From Gammaproteobacteria bacterium (GTDB lineage: Bacteria > Pseudomonadota > Gammaproteobacteria > Steroidobacterales > UBA11654), in assembly GCA_029941465.1 (NCBI GenBank), contig JAPYQN010000001.1:65708-129707 (forward strand): a stretch of DNA of 64,000 nt, written 5' to 3'. Each line of letters begins with the position of its first letter. Position 1 is the first letter of the stretch. The notes under the pieces are model-generated. The model saw only the letters and a list, made by a program, of their open reading frames with translations, ran no database searches and was not told where the DNA came from. Positions 33,099 to 41,772 of the stretch are shown here, piece after piece. The position numbers and the translations under genes were made by a program.

Positions 33099-34604
33099 AT
33101 GGCAGCAGAAATTATAAAAGTTGTGGATGCAGTCTCTGAAGCTAAGGACGTAGATAGAGAAGTACTCTTCGAAGCAATTGAAAATGCAATTGAATCAGCT
33201 ACTAAAAAGAAATATGCAGATACCATGGATGTCAAGGTGACGATTGACAGAGAAACAGGAGATTATAAAACTTATAGACGCTGGATGGTTTTCGCTGATG
33301 ATTCAAGAGAGTTGGAAGATCCTGATATTGAATTGAGAATGATTGATGCGGTAGATGTTGATAAGAATGCTAATCCAGGAGAATTTGTACATGAAGAAAT
33401 TGAATCTGTTGATTTTGGAAGAATTGGCGCACAAATAGCAAAACAAGTTATTGTCCAGAAAGTCAGAGAAGCTGAAAAACAAAAGACTATAGAGCTATTT
33501 AAAGACAATGTTGGTGAACTTGTTAGTGGCGTTGTTAAACGGATGGATCGTAATGGTTTTTATATTGACATCGGTAATAATGCTGAAGCCTTTCTACCGA
33601 GACGTGAGATGATATATAAAGAAGCGATAAGACCTCAAGACAGGATAAAAGCAATATTAAAAGATATTAATACTGATCTAAAAGGTCCACCATTAATTCT
33701 TTCTAGAATTATGCCTGAATTTTTAATTGAGTTATTCAAACTAGAAGTTCCTGAAATTACACAAAATCTAATTAGTATTGTTGGCGCATCAAGAGACCCT
33801 GGATTGAGAGCGAAAATTGCTGTTCAATCTGATGATAAAAGAATTGATCCCGTAGGAGCTTGTGTGGGCATGCGTGGCTCAAGAGTCCAAGCAGTGTCTA
33901 ACGAACTCAATGGTGAACGAATCGATATTATTCTTTGGTCTGACAATACTGCTCAATATGTTGTCAATGCGATGTCACCAGCAAATGTTGTTTCTATTGT
34001 CGTTGATGAAGAAAATAATAGTATGGATATTGCCGTAGAAGAAGCAAAATTATCACAAGCAATCGGCAGAGGAGGTCAAAATATTCGTTTAGCAAGTGAG
34101 TTAACAAACTGGAAACTTAATGTCTTGAGTGAAACTGAAGCATTAGAAAAAGATGACCAAGAATTAAAAGATGTTTCTGATCTATTTGTTGAAACTTTAT
34201 CAGTAGGAGAAGACGTTGCAATTCTCTTAGCACAAGAAGGATTTGCTAGTATAGAGCAAGTGGCATACGTTCCTGTTTCTGAACTAGAAAAAATTGATGG
34301 ATTTGATGAAAAACTAGTCAATGAACTAAGAGAAAGAGCACAAGATCAACTACTAATTGAAGCAATCTCCACAGAAGAAGATCTTGACAAACATGGGCCT
34401 GATGAGGATTTATTGTCTCTAGAATCAGTTACTGAAGAGTTGGCTTATGCTTTGGCTAGATCAGGTATTTATAATAAAGACAAATTAGCTGATCAATCTG
34501 TTGACGAAATCATTGAGATTGAAGGAATTGATGAAGAACTTGCTGGAATAATTATTATGGAAGCAAGAGCAGACTGGTTTAAAGATGATCAAAATAACGA
34601 CTAA
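33099..34604 (+). CDS. nusA: Transcription termination/antitermination factor NusA
   Basis: 501 aa with an S1 domain (GELVSGVVKRMDRNGFYIDIG), KH domains (DPVGACVGMRGSRVQAVSNELNGERIDI; AIGRGGQNIRLAS), and C-terminal acidic repeats. Confidence 0.96.
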   Translation: MAAEIIKVVDAVSEAKDVDREVLFEAIENAIESATKKKYADTMDVKVTIDRETGDYKTYRRWMVFADDSRELEDPDIELRMIDAVDVDKNANPGEFVHEEIESVDFGRIGAQIAKQVIVQKVREAEKQKTIELFKDNVGELVSGVVKRMDRNGFYIDIGNNAEAFLPRREMIYKEAIRPQDRIKAILKDINTDLKGPPLILSRIMPEFLIELFKLEVPEITQNLISIVGASRDPGLRAKIAVQSDDKRIDPVGACVGMRGSRVQAVSNELNGERIDIILWSDNTAQYVVNAMSPANVVSIVVDEENNSMDIAVEEAKLSQAIGRGGQNIRLASELTNWKLNVLSETEALEKDDQELKDVSDLFVETLSVGEDVAILLAQEGFASIEQVAYVPVSELEKIDGFDEKLVNELRERAQDQLLIEAISTEEDLDKHGPDEDLLSLESVTEELAYALARSGIYNKDKLADQSVDEIIEIEGIDEELAGIIIMEARADWFKDDQNND

Positions 34605-34620
34605 TAATTAGAGAGTATTT

Positions 34621-37032
34621 ATGTCAAACACCACCGTATCTAAACTTGCAACTGCATTAAAAATTAGTTCTGAAAAACTAATATCACAGCTTAATGAAGC
34701 AGGTGTTAACGTTGATAAAGAAGTAGATGAAATAACAAATGATCAGAAAATGGCACTACTCAATCATTTAAGAGGTAGTCATGGAACAAAAAAAGAAATT
34801 AAGTCACCCTCAAAATTAACCGTTAACAGAAGGTCACAAAGCGAATTAAAACTTGCAGGTGGATTTGGAACATCAAGAACGGTTAATGTTGAAATTAGGA
34901 AAAAGAAGACTTATCTAAGCAAAGAATCATTAATCGAAGAAGCAAAATTAGATGACTTAAAGCAACAAAAAGAAGAAGAACAGTTAAAAGAGAAAATAGC
35001 TAAGGAATCACAAGATAAAATTTCTAATGAAACTGTAGAAACGACCCAAGAAAAAGTAGAAACTAAAAAAGATCCCATAATAGACCATAGCATTCATGAC
35101 CAACCTACAAAAACTTCTAAAAAGAAGAGAAAGAAATCAAGACCTACTATTAAAGATGATCCATTTAAAATGGAAGAACTTCATGTTAAAGGTAATTTTA
35201 AACGCAAGAAAAAAAGACAAATTAGACGATCAGTTAACCCGGCATCACTTGATCAATCCCATTCTTTTGAAAAACCAACAGCACCAGTTGTTAAAGATGT
35301 CATGGTACCGTCATCAATTTCAGCTCAAGAAATTGCTCAAAGCCTAGCTATAAAAGTTAATGAAGTATTATCAGTACTGATTAAGCAAGGCATCATGGTT
35401 ACGGGTAATGACCATATAGACCAAGACACTGCTATCTTAATTATTGAAGAATTAGGACATAAGGCCTCCCCAATGGATGAAAGATCTGTAGAAGACTCAA
35501 TCTTTAATGAACAAATCAATGAGAATGAAGCGTTCACTAGACCGCCAGTTGTGACAATTATGGGTCATGTAGATCATGGAAAAACATCCTTATTGGATTA
35601 CATTAGAAAATCTAAAGTTACAGATAATGAAGCAGGAGGCATAACACAACACATAGGTGCTTACACAACTGATAGTGATGGTAAAAAAATTACATTTCTT
35701 GACACCCCAGGCCATGCTGCTTTTTCTCAGATGAGATCCAGAGGCGCTCGTATCACTGATATTGTCGTTCTTGTTGTTGCTGCAGATGATGGAGTAAAAC
35801 CACAGACTAAAGAAGCTATAGATCATGCAAAGATGGCAAATGTTCCAATTATTGTCGCTATAAATAAAATTGATAAACCTGAAGCAGACATTGAAAAGGT
35901 CAGAAATGAATTAATGATAGAAGAAATATTACCTGAAGAATTAGGTGGTGAATACTTATTCGTTAATTTATCAGCGCAAACAGGGGAGGGTATTAGTGAA
36001 CTCCTTGAAACAATACTACTTCAAGCTGAAGTTCTTGATTTAAAGGCACCAAATGAAGGAAGACCGATAGGATCCGTAATAGAATCCGGTATTGAAAGCG
36101 GTAAGGGAGCTGTAGCTACCGTTTTAATAAAAGAGGGTAAACTCAATAAAGGTGATCTAGTGCTTGTTGGCGAAGAATTTGGACGAGCTAGATTATTATT
36201 GAACGAAACAGGTGAACAACTTAGTGCTGCCACACCTTCAATGCCTGTGCGTCTATATGGATTATCATCAGCACCAAATACTGGTGAAGAAATGAGGGTG
36301 GTAGAATCTGAACGTCAAGCTAAAGAAATTATAGAAATTAGGAAAGAAAATAGAAAACAAAATGTCTTAAATGATAAGCAAGCTCTTAAGATGAAAACAT
36401 TCATGGAGAATAATGGATCAAATGATAAAAAAACAATCTCTTTAATGATTAAAGCTGATGTTCAGGGTAGCTCTGAAGCAATAAAAGATTCATTAATGAA
36501 ACTTGCCACTGATGAAGTTGAAATTGATATCGTTTCAAATTCTGTTGGCGGTATTACAGAATCAGATATCAATCTAGCCGAGGCTTCAAATGCTTTTATT
36601 ATAGGCTTTAATGTAAGAGCAGATAATACAGCAAGAAAAATAATTAAAGAAACTTCCGTAGACATTAAATATTACAGCGTCATATATGAAACTATTGAAG
36701 ATATTACTAATATGATCAGTGGAATGGCCTCACCAATCATCAAAGAGGAAATTTGTGGCTTGGCTGAAGTTAAGGATGTTTTTGACTCGCCATCATTAGG
36801 AAAAATAGCAGGTTGCTTAGTTATTGAAGGAACAGTTATAAGATCAAACCTAATTAGAGTACTAAGAGACAATACTGTGATTTATGAAGGTGAATTAGAG
36901 TCACTAAGACGATTTAAAGATGACGTTAAAGAGGTTAAATCGGGAACTGAATGTGGTATTGGCATAAAAAACTATAATGACGTAAAAGTTAGTGACCAGA
37001 TAGAATGTTATAGGATTGTTGAAAGCAAATAA
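34621..37032 (+). CDS. infB: Translation initiation factor IF-2
   Basis: GTPase motifs GHVDHGKTSLLD, DTPGH and NKID follow a K/E-rich N-terminal region. Confidence 0.96.
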   Translation: MSNTTVSKLATALKISSEKLISQLNEAGVNVDKEVDEITNDQKMALLNHLRGSHGTKKEIKSPSKLTVNRRSQSELKLAGGFGTSRTVNVEIRKKKTYLSKESLIEEAKLDDLKQQKEEEQLKEKIAKESQDKISNETVETTQEKVETKKDPIIDHSIHDQPTKTSKKKRKKSRPTIKDDPFKMEELHVKGNFKRKKKRQIRRSVNPASLDQSHSFEKPTAPVVKDVMVPSSISAQEIAQSLAIKVNEVLSVLIKQGIMVTGNDHIDQDTAILIIEELGHKASPMDERSVEDSIFNEQINENEAFTRPPVVTIMGHVDHGKTSLLDYIRKSKVTDNEAGGITQHIGAYTTDSDGKKITFLDTPGHAAFSQMRSRGARITDIVVLVVAADDGVKPQTKEAIDHAKMANVPIIVAINKIDKPEADIEKVRNELMIEEILPEELGGEYLFVNLSAQTGEGISELLETILLQAEVLDLKAPNEGRPIGSVIESGIESGKGAVATVLIKEGKLNKGDLVLVGEEFGRARLLLNETGEQLSAATPSMPVRLYGLSSAPNTGEEMRVVESERQAKEIIEIRKENRKQNVLNDKQALKMKTFMENNGSNDKKTISLMIKADVQGSSEAIKDSLMKLATDEVEIDIVSNSVGGITESDINLAEASNAFIIGFNVRADNTARKIIKETSVDIKYYSVIYETIEDITNMISGMASPIIKEEICGLAEVKDVFDSPSLGKIAGCLVIEGTVIRSNLIRVLRDNTVIYEGELESLRRFKDDVKEVKSGTECGIGIKNYNDVKVSDQIECYRIVESK

Positions 37033-37036
37033 TTAA

Positions 37037-37402
37037 ATGGCTAATGAATATTCAACAACCAATAGATTAGAAACAAAAATACAAAGAATAATTAGCCAAG
37101 TTATTCTCCATAAAATCAAAGACAAGAGACTGCAACGTATTAGTGTAGATGAAATACGTTTAAGCAGAGATCTAAGTTTTGCTAAGATTTTTTGTTCAAC
37201 TTTAAATACAGATGAATCTTTTGAAACACTTGAGAAATTACTAACTAAGGCATCTGGGTTCTTCAAAACTGAAATTAGTAAATCATTATCAATAAAAAAA
37301 GTACCAAATTTATTATTCATCGTAGATAACCATGAAGAATATGCTAATAAGATCAATTTACTTATAGATAAAGTCGTGGAAGATGACAAGAACAGTAAAT
37401 AA
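37037..37402 (+). CDS. rbfA: 30S ribosome-binding factor RbfA
   Basis: 121 aa in the infB-rbfA-truB synteny, with the KH-like core ..DKRLQRISVDEIRLSRDLSFAKIF... Confidence 0.9.
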   Translation: MANEYSTTNRLETKIQRIISQVILHKIKDKRLQRISVDEIRLSRDLSFAKIFCSTLNTDESFETLEKLLTKASGFFKTEISKSLSIKKVPNLLFIVDNHEEYANKINLLIDKVVEDDKNSK

Positions 37403-38294
37403 CATCAGTGGAATTCTTTTACTAGATAAACCTACAAATATCACTTCAAATAAAATTTTGCAGAAAATTAAGAAATTATTTGGAGCATCTAAAGCGGGAC
37501 ATTGCGGAACATTAGACCCTCTTGCAACAGGGTTGTTGCCTATTTGTTTTGGACAAGCAACAAAAACTGCAAATTATTTGACTAACTCTTCGAAAACATA
37601 TCGTGTCACAGGGCAATTCGGTATTAAAACTGACACTGGAGATGTTGACGGTAAAATTATTGAAACACAAAATTTTAGTCTTCCAAAAACATCAAAATCA
37701 ATAACCACTGTTTTGCAATCTTTTATAGGTGAATTAACCCAAATTCCACCGATGCACTCAGCCATCAAATACAATGGAGTGCCTTTATATAAATATGCTT
37801 TTAAGGGACAAACTATTAAAAGACTCCCTAGAAAAATTTTTATAAAAGAAATTTCTTTGAATTCATATTCAAATAATTTAATTAATATAAATGTTCATTG
37901 CAGTAAAGGCACATACATCAGAACTCTCATTGAAGACATAGCAAAAAAAATGAACACAGTTGCTACTGTCAAAAATCTTAGAAGAGTATCGATTGAAGGC
38001 TTTAATGATACAAATATGACCACTTGGGATCAACTACAAGAGTGTCAGTCTCTCGATGAACTACTTAATTATTTAAAACCACTTGATTGTGGCCTGAGAC
38101 ATTTACCAATAATAAGATTGAGCCAAGCTGATTCTGAGCGTTTTAGCTTTGGTCAAAAGCTTTTATACAAGCTTAATAATGAACATCAGCATCTGATTCA
38201 TAGAATTTACAATGAAAATAATTATTTTATTGGCTTGGCCCAATTAAATAATGACAATGAAATCAAACCCAAGAATGTTTTTAAAATTAATTAA
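37383..38294 (+). CDS. truB: tRNA pseudouridine(55) synthase TruB
   Basis: GILLLDKP and the catalytic-Asp motif GHCGTLDPLATGLLPI are present. It overlaps rbfA by 20 nt. Confidence 0.93.
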   Translation: MTRTVNNISGILLLDKPTNITSNKILQKIKKLFGASKAGHCGTLDPLATGLLPICFGQATKTANYLTNSSKTYRVTGQFGIKTDTGDVDGKIIETQNFSLPKTSKSITTVLQSFIGELTQIPPMHSAIKYNGVPLYKYAFKGQTIKRLPRKIFIKEISLNSYSNNLININVHCSKGTYIRTLIEDIAKKMNTVATVKNLRRVSIEGFNDTNMTTWDQLQECQSLDELLNYLKPLDCGLRHLPIIRLSQADSERFSFGQKLLYKLNNEHQHLIHRIYNENNYFIGLAQLNNDNEIKPKNVFKIN

Positions 38295-38306
38295 TGTATT
38301 ATCTTG

Positions 38307-38334
38307 TTGTTGTAATGATTAATCTATGTAGAAT
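38307..38334 (+). promoter_or_regulatory. Candidate sigma-70 promoter for rpsO(-pnp)
   Basis: TTGTTG (38307-38312), then 16 nt, then TAGAAT (38329-38334), about 30 nt upstream of the rpsO ATG. This is sequence pattern only. Confidence 0.35.
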
Positions 38335-38365
38335 AGCGACTTGAAAATAACAATAAACGGAAGTA

Positions 38366-38635
38366 ATGACTTTAACAACCGAGAAAAAGAAAGAAGTTAT
38401 TGAAAAATACAAAACTTCAAATGATGACACAGGATCTGCAAACGTTCAGGTTGCACTGCTGTCCGAGAAAATTGATTCTTTATCAAGCCATTTTAAAACA
38501 CATAAAAAAGACAACCATTCAAGAAGAGGTCTTTTGATGATGGTTAATAAAAGAAGAAAGCTTCTTGATTATCTAAAAAGTAAGAATTTTTCAACATACA
38601 AACAAATAATTTCTGACTTAGGATTGAGAAAGTAA
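38366..38635 (+). CDS. rpsO: 30S ribosomal protein S15
   Basis: 89 aa with GSANVQVALLSEKI.. and HKKDNHSRRGLLMMVNKRRKLLDYL. Confidence 0.96.
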   Translation: MTLTTEKKKEVIEKYKTSNDDTGSANVQVALLSEKIDSLSSHFKTHKKDNHSRRGLLMMVNKRRKLLDYLKSKNFSTYKQIISDLGLRK

Positions 38636-38680
38636 ATATTTCTAATGGAGCAATAAGGCTCTTAATAGAAAGGACAAATA

Positions 38681-40771
38681 GTGAATAAAATAACAAAAGA
38701 GATCATTATCAATGATCAAAAAGTTACCATTGAAACAGGAAAAATAGCAAGACAAGCAAACGGATCAGTTTTTGTCTCATGCGAGGGAACATCAATATTA
38801 GCAACAGTTGCTGCAAAAAAAGAGGCATCACCAGATCAAAGTTGGTTTCCTCTTACAGTTAACTACCAAGAAAAAACTTATGCTGCAGGGAGAATACCCG
38901 GTGGTTTTTTTAAACGAGAGGGCAGACCTTCAGAAAAAGAAACATTAATTTCAAGACTGATTGATAGACCTTTAAGGCCATCATTTCCAAACGGTTTTTT
39001 AAATGATGTGCAAGTAATTATTACTGTTGTCAGCCTCAATCCTGAAGTGCAAACAGACATCTTGTCACTGATTGGAGCATCAGCAGCATTATCAATATCA
39101 GATATACCTTTCAACGGTCCAATTGGGGGTATAAGAGTTGGCTACATAGATAATAAATATGTGATTAATCCCTCTGCTAGTAACATGGAGAATTCAAAAC
39201 TTGATCTTGTTATTGCCGGAACTAAAGACGCTATTTTAATGGTTGAATCAGAAGCTGAAATATTATCAGAAGAAATTATGCTAGAAGCAGTAATGACTGG
39301 ACATAATGAAATTAAAAATATCATTAATGGTATTGAAGAATTAGTTACTGAGGCAGGTAAAGATAAATGGATCATTGATGAAATAGTTAAGGATGAAACT
39401 CTTAAAAATAAAATTGAAGAAGTGGCAGCAGGTAAAATTAATAGCGCTTATCAAATTGCTGATAAAGTGTCTAGACAAAATGAGCTTGATCAAATTAAAT
39501 CTGACATTGAGCAAACAATTATTGATCAATCTGAAGAATACGAATCATCTGACATAAAAAGTGAATTCAAACAAATCGAAAAAGAAATTGTAAGATCTAG
39601 AATTCTTGATGGTCAACCTAGAATTGACGGCAGAGATACTGAAACTGTAAGAGACATAACTATTGATCTTAATCTTTTAGAAAGAACACATGGCTCAGCT
39701 TTATTCACTCGAGGAGAAACTCAAGCTCTAGTAGCGACTACGCTAGGTACAGAAAGATCTTCACAGATCATTGATGCGCTTGAAGGTGAATATAAAGATA
39801 AGTTTATGCTTCATTATAATTTCCCGCCTTATTCAGTTGGAGAAACTGGATTTATAGGATCACCAAAAAGAAGAGAAATAGGGCATGGAAAACTAGCTAG
39901 AAGATCTTTAGAGGCAGTACTTCCTGATATGACAAAATTTCCATATACAATTCGCTTAGTGTCTGAGATAACTGAATCTAATGGATCCAGTTCTATGGCT
40001 ACTGTGTGTGGTTCAAGTTTGGCACTAATGCAAGCTGGTGTTCCTATTAAGTCTCATGTAGCAGGAATAGCGATGGGCTTAGTTAAAGATGGTGATAATT
40101 ATAAAGTTCTTACAGACATACTAGGAGATGAGGATCATCTGGGAGATATGGACTTTAAAGTAGCAGGAACCACTGATGGTATAACAGCACTTCAAATGGA
40201 TATAAAAATTGATGGAATCACTAAATCAATAATGAAAGACGCTTTAGAGCAAGCTAAGAAAGCAAAGCTACATATTTTAAAAATTATGAATGAGGCCATA
40301 AAAGAGCCTTCAGTAAATTACTCTCCTTATGCACCTTCAATAATTACCATTACTGTTGCAAAAGATAAAATTAGAGATGTTATTGGCAAAGGCGGCGCAA
40401 CCATTAGATCTTTAACTGAAGTCACTGGCGCACAGATTGATATCAATGATGATGGTCTGGTAACAATCGCCTCAGTTGATCAATCATCAGGTCAAATGGC
40501 TAAAGAAAAAATTGAACTTTTAACAGCTGATGTTGAGGTTGATAAGATTTATGAAGGGAGGGTTGCTAAAATTATGGACTTTGGTGCTTTTGTTACTATC
40601 CTTCCAGGAAAAGACGGTCTTGTTCATATTTCTGAAATTTCTCAAGAAAGAGTTGAATCTGTAAATGATGTCTTATCAGAGGGGCAAGTAATTAAGGTCA
40701 AAGTAATAGAGATAGACAAACAAAGAAGAATAAGATTATCAATGAAACGAATTGATAATGACGCTAAATAA
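38681..40771 (+). CDS. pnp: Polyribonucleotide nucleotidyltransferase (PNPase)
   Basis: GTG start with an AAGGA Shine-Dalgarno. Two RNase PH domains are present ([16 protein letters not shown]), followed by KH ([10 protein letters not shown]) and S1 ([13 protein letters not shown]) domains. Confidence 0.96.
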   Translation: MNKITKEIIINDQKVTIETGKIARQANGSVFVSCEGTSILATVAAKKEASPDQSWFPLTVNYQEKTYAAGRIPGGFFKREGRPSEKETLISRLIDRPLRPSFPNGFLNDVQVIITVVSLNPEVQTDILSLIGASAALSISDIPFNGPIGGIRVGYIDNKYVINPSASNMENSKLDLVIAGTKDAILMVESEAEILSEEIMLEAVMTGHNEIKNIINGIEELVTEAGKDKWIIDEIVKDETLKNKIEEVAAGKINSAYQIADKVSRQNELDQIKSDIEQTIIDQSEEYESSDIKSEFKQIEKEIVRSRILDGQPRIDGRDTETVRDITIDLNLLERTHGSALFTRGETQALVATTLGTERSSQIIDALEGEYKDKFMLHYNFPPYSVGETGFIGSPKRREIGHGKLARRSLEAVLPDMTKFPYTIRLVSEITESNGSSSMATVCGSSLALMQAGVPIKSHVAGIAMGLVKDGDNYKVLTDILGDEDHLGDMDFKVAGTTDGITALQMDIKIDGITKSIMKDALEQAKKAKLHILKIMNEAIKEPSVNYSPYAPSIITITVAKDKIRDVIGKGGATIRSLTEVTGAQIDINDDGLVTIASVDQSSGQMAKEKIELLTADVEVDKIYEGRVAKIMDFGAFVTILPGKDGLVHISEISQERVESVNDVLSEGQVIKVKVIEIDKQRRIRLSMKRIDNDAK

Positions 40772-40772
40772 T

Positions 40773-41231
40773 CTAGCGATTATCATTAAACTGTTTTTCT
40801 GTAATCTCTCGTCTTTCTTGTGCTTCTAATGTAAGACCAGCAACTGGTCTGGCTTCAAGTCTTTGCAAACCTATTTGTTCACCAGTTTCTGAACAATAAC
40901 CAAAAGTCCCGTCATCTATTTTAATTAGAGAGCTCTGTATTTTTCTTATAAGTTTTCTTTCACGATCTCGAGTTCTTAATTCAAGGCCAAATTCAGATTC
41001 TTGCGTAGCTCTATCATTTGGATCAGCAAGACTGTTACTGTCTTTTTGCATATGGTTGACAGTTTTTTCTGCTTCTTGTTCTAATTGTCCTTTCCATGAG
41101 TTAAGAATCTTTTTAAAATGATTCAATTGTCTTTTAGACATATATTTTTCTTTAACTCTCAACTTATATGGCTTCATGCCAAATTGCTCAATGAGTGAAT
41201 TATTATTTATAGTTATTTTCTTTTTTGTCAT
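40773..41231 (-). CDS. dksA: RNA polymerase-binding transcription factor DksA (zinc-finger cysteines largely replaced)
   Basis: It is collinear with E. coli DksA, including the coiled-coil tip DPNDRATQE (E. coli DPVDRAAQE) and FGYC..IG..RLEARP. At the four E. coli Cys positions it has C113, T116, T134 and A137. Confidence 0.9.
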   Translation of the reverse strand: MTKKKITINNNSLIEQFGMKPYKLRVKEKYMSKRQLNHFKKILNSWKGQLEQEAEKTVNHMQKDSNSLADPNDRATQESEFGLELRTRDRERKLIRKIQSSLIKIDDGTFGYCSETGEQIGLQRLEARPVAGLTLEAQERREITEKQFNDNR

Positions 41232-41307
41232 TATGTATATCTATGTATAGAAAAAAGATGATTATACTTTTGATTTTTAATTTGTGAAGTTTTTTTGGAA
41301 AAACTTT

Positions 41308-41691
41308 TTATAAATCTATCTTAGATTTCCAATTTTCATTTTTATGTTGAAATTCAACTTCTGTGTAAATGCCACCTCTGACATTAAATTTAGAACGTAC
41401 ATTTAAGTACTTTGGAGAAAAAGCCTCCTTTAAATGATTAAATATTTGATCAGTAATGGCTTCATGAAATGCTCCTACATTCCTATACTTTGTTATGTAT
41501 AGTTTTAGAGATTTAAGCTCTATACAACTTAGATCCGGAACATACTTGATATAGATTGTAGCAAAATCGGGTTGCCCTGTTTTAGGACACAAACAAGTAA
41601 ACTCAGGAATCTTAATTCTAATAATATAGTCTGATTCAATATTTGGATTCTCAAATCCATCTAAATCATCTGAAGTAATCTCTAAACTCAT
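41308..41691 (-). CDS. queF: NADPH-dependent 7-cyano-7-deazaguanine (preQ0) reductase QueF, unimodular type
   Basis: 127 aa. The catalytic Cys context FTCLCPKTGQPDFA and the QueF motif ELKSLKLY are present. Confidence 0.9.
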   Translation of the reverse strand: MSLEITSDDLDGFENPNIESDYIIRIKIPEFTCLCPKTGQPDFATIYIKYVPDLSCIELKSLKLYITKYRNVGAFHEAITDQIFNHLKEAFSPKYLNVRSKFNVRGGIYTEVEFQHKNENWKSKIDL

Positions 41692-41772
41692 AAATTTACC
41701 TTAGTAGTTGAATAAATAATGTACATACATACTATTTAATTTAAAATGAACTAACTAATTTTATAGTTTTTT

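Noticed and set aside
37033-37389. Long antisense ORFs covering real genes: 118 aa opposite all of rbfA. Others are 159 aa opposite cmk (55741-56220), 138 aa opposite carB (9702-10118), 108 aa opposite smc (43815-44141) and 106 aa opposite aroA (54257-54577).
   Set aside because: For all five I checked the phase. The antisense codon spans sense position 3 plus positions 1-2 of the next codon (offset mod 3 = 2). In that frame an antisense stop needs the next sense codon to start with TA or CA (Tyr/His/Gln), so the frame is intrinsically stop-poor. The products are low-complexity (S/I/L/F-rich) with no motifs or Shine-Dalgarno sites. These are classic shadow ORFs.
41287-41306. An 8-bp AT-rich inverted repeat AAGTTTTT-ttgg-AAAAACTT just after the queF stop codon.
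   Set aside because: On the queF (minus) strand it is not followed by a T-tract. The T-run is on the plus strand, where no gene ends. The stem is all A:T apart from one G:C pair, so stability is marginal. I did not call it a terminator.
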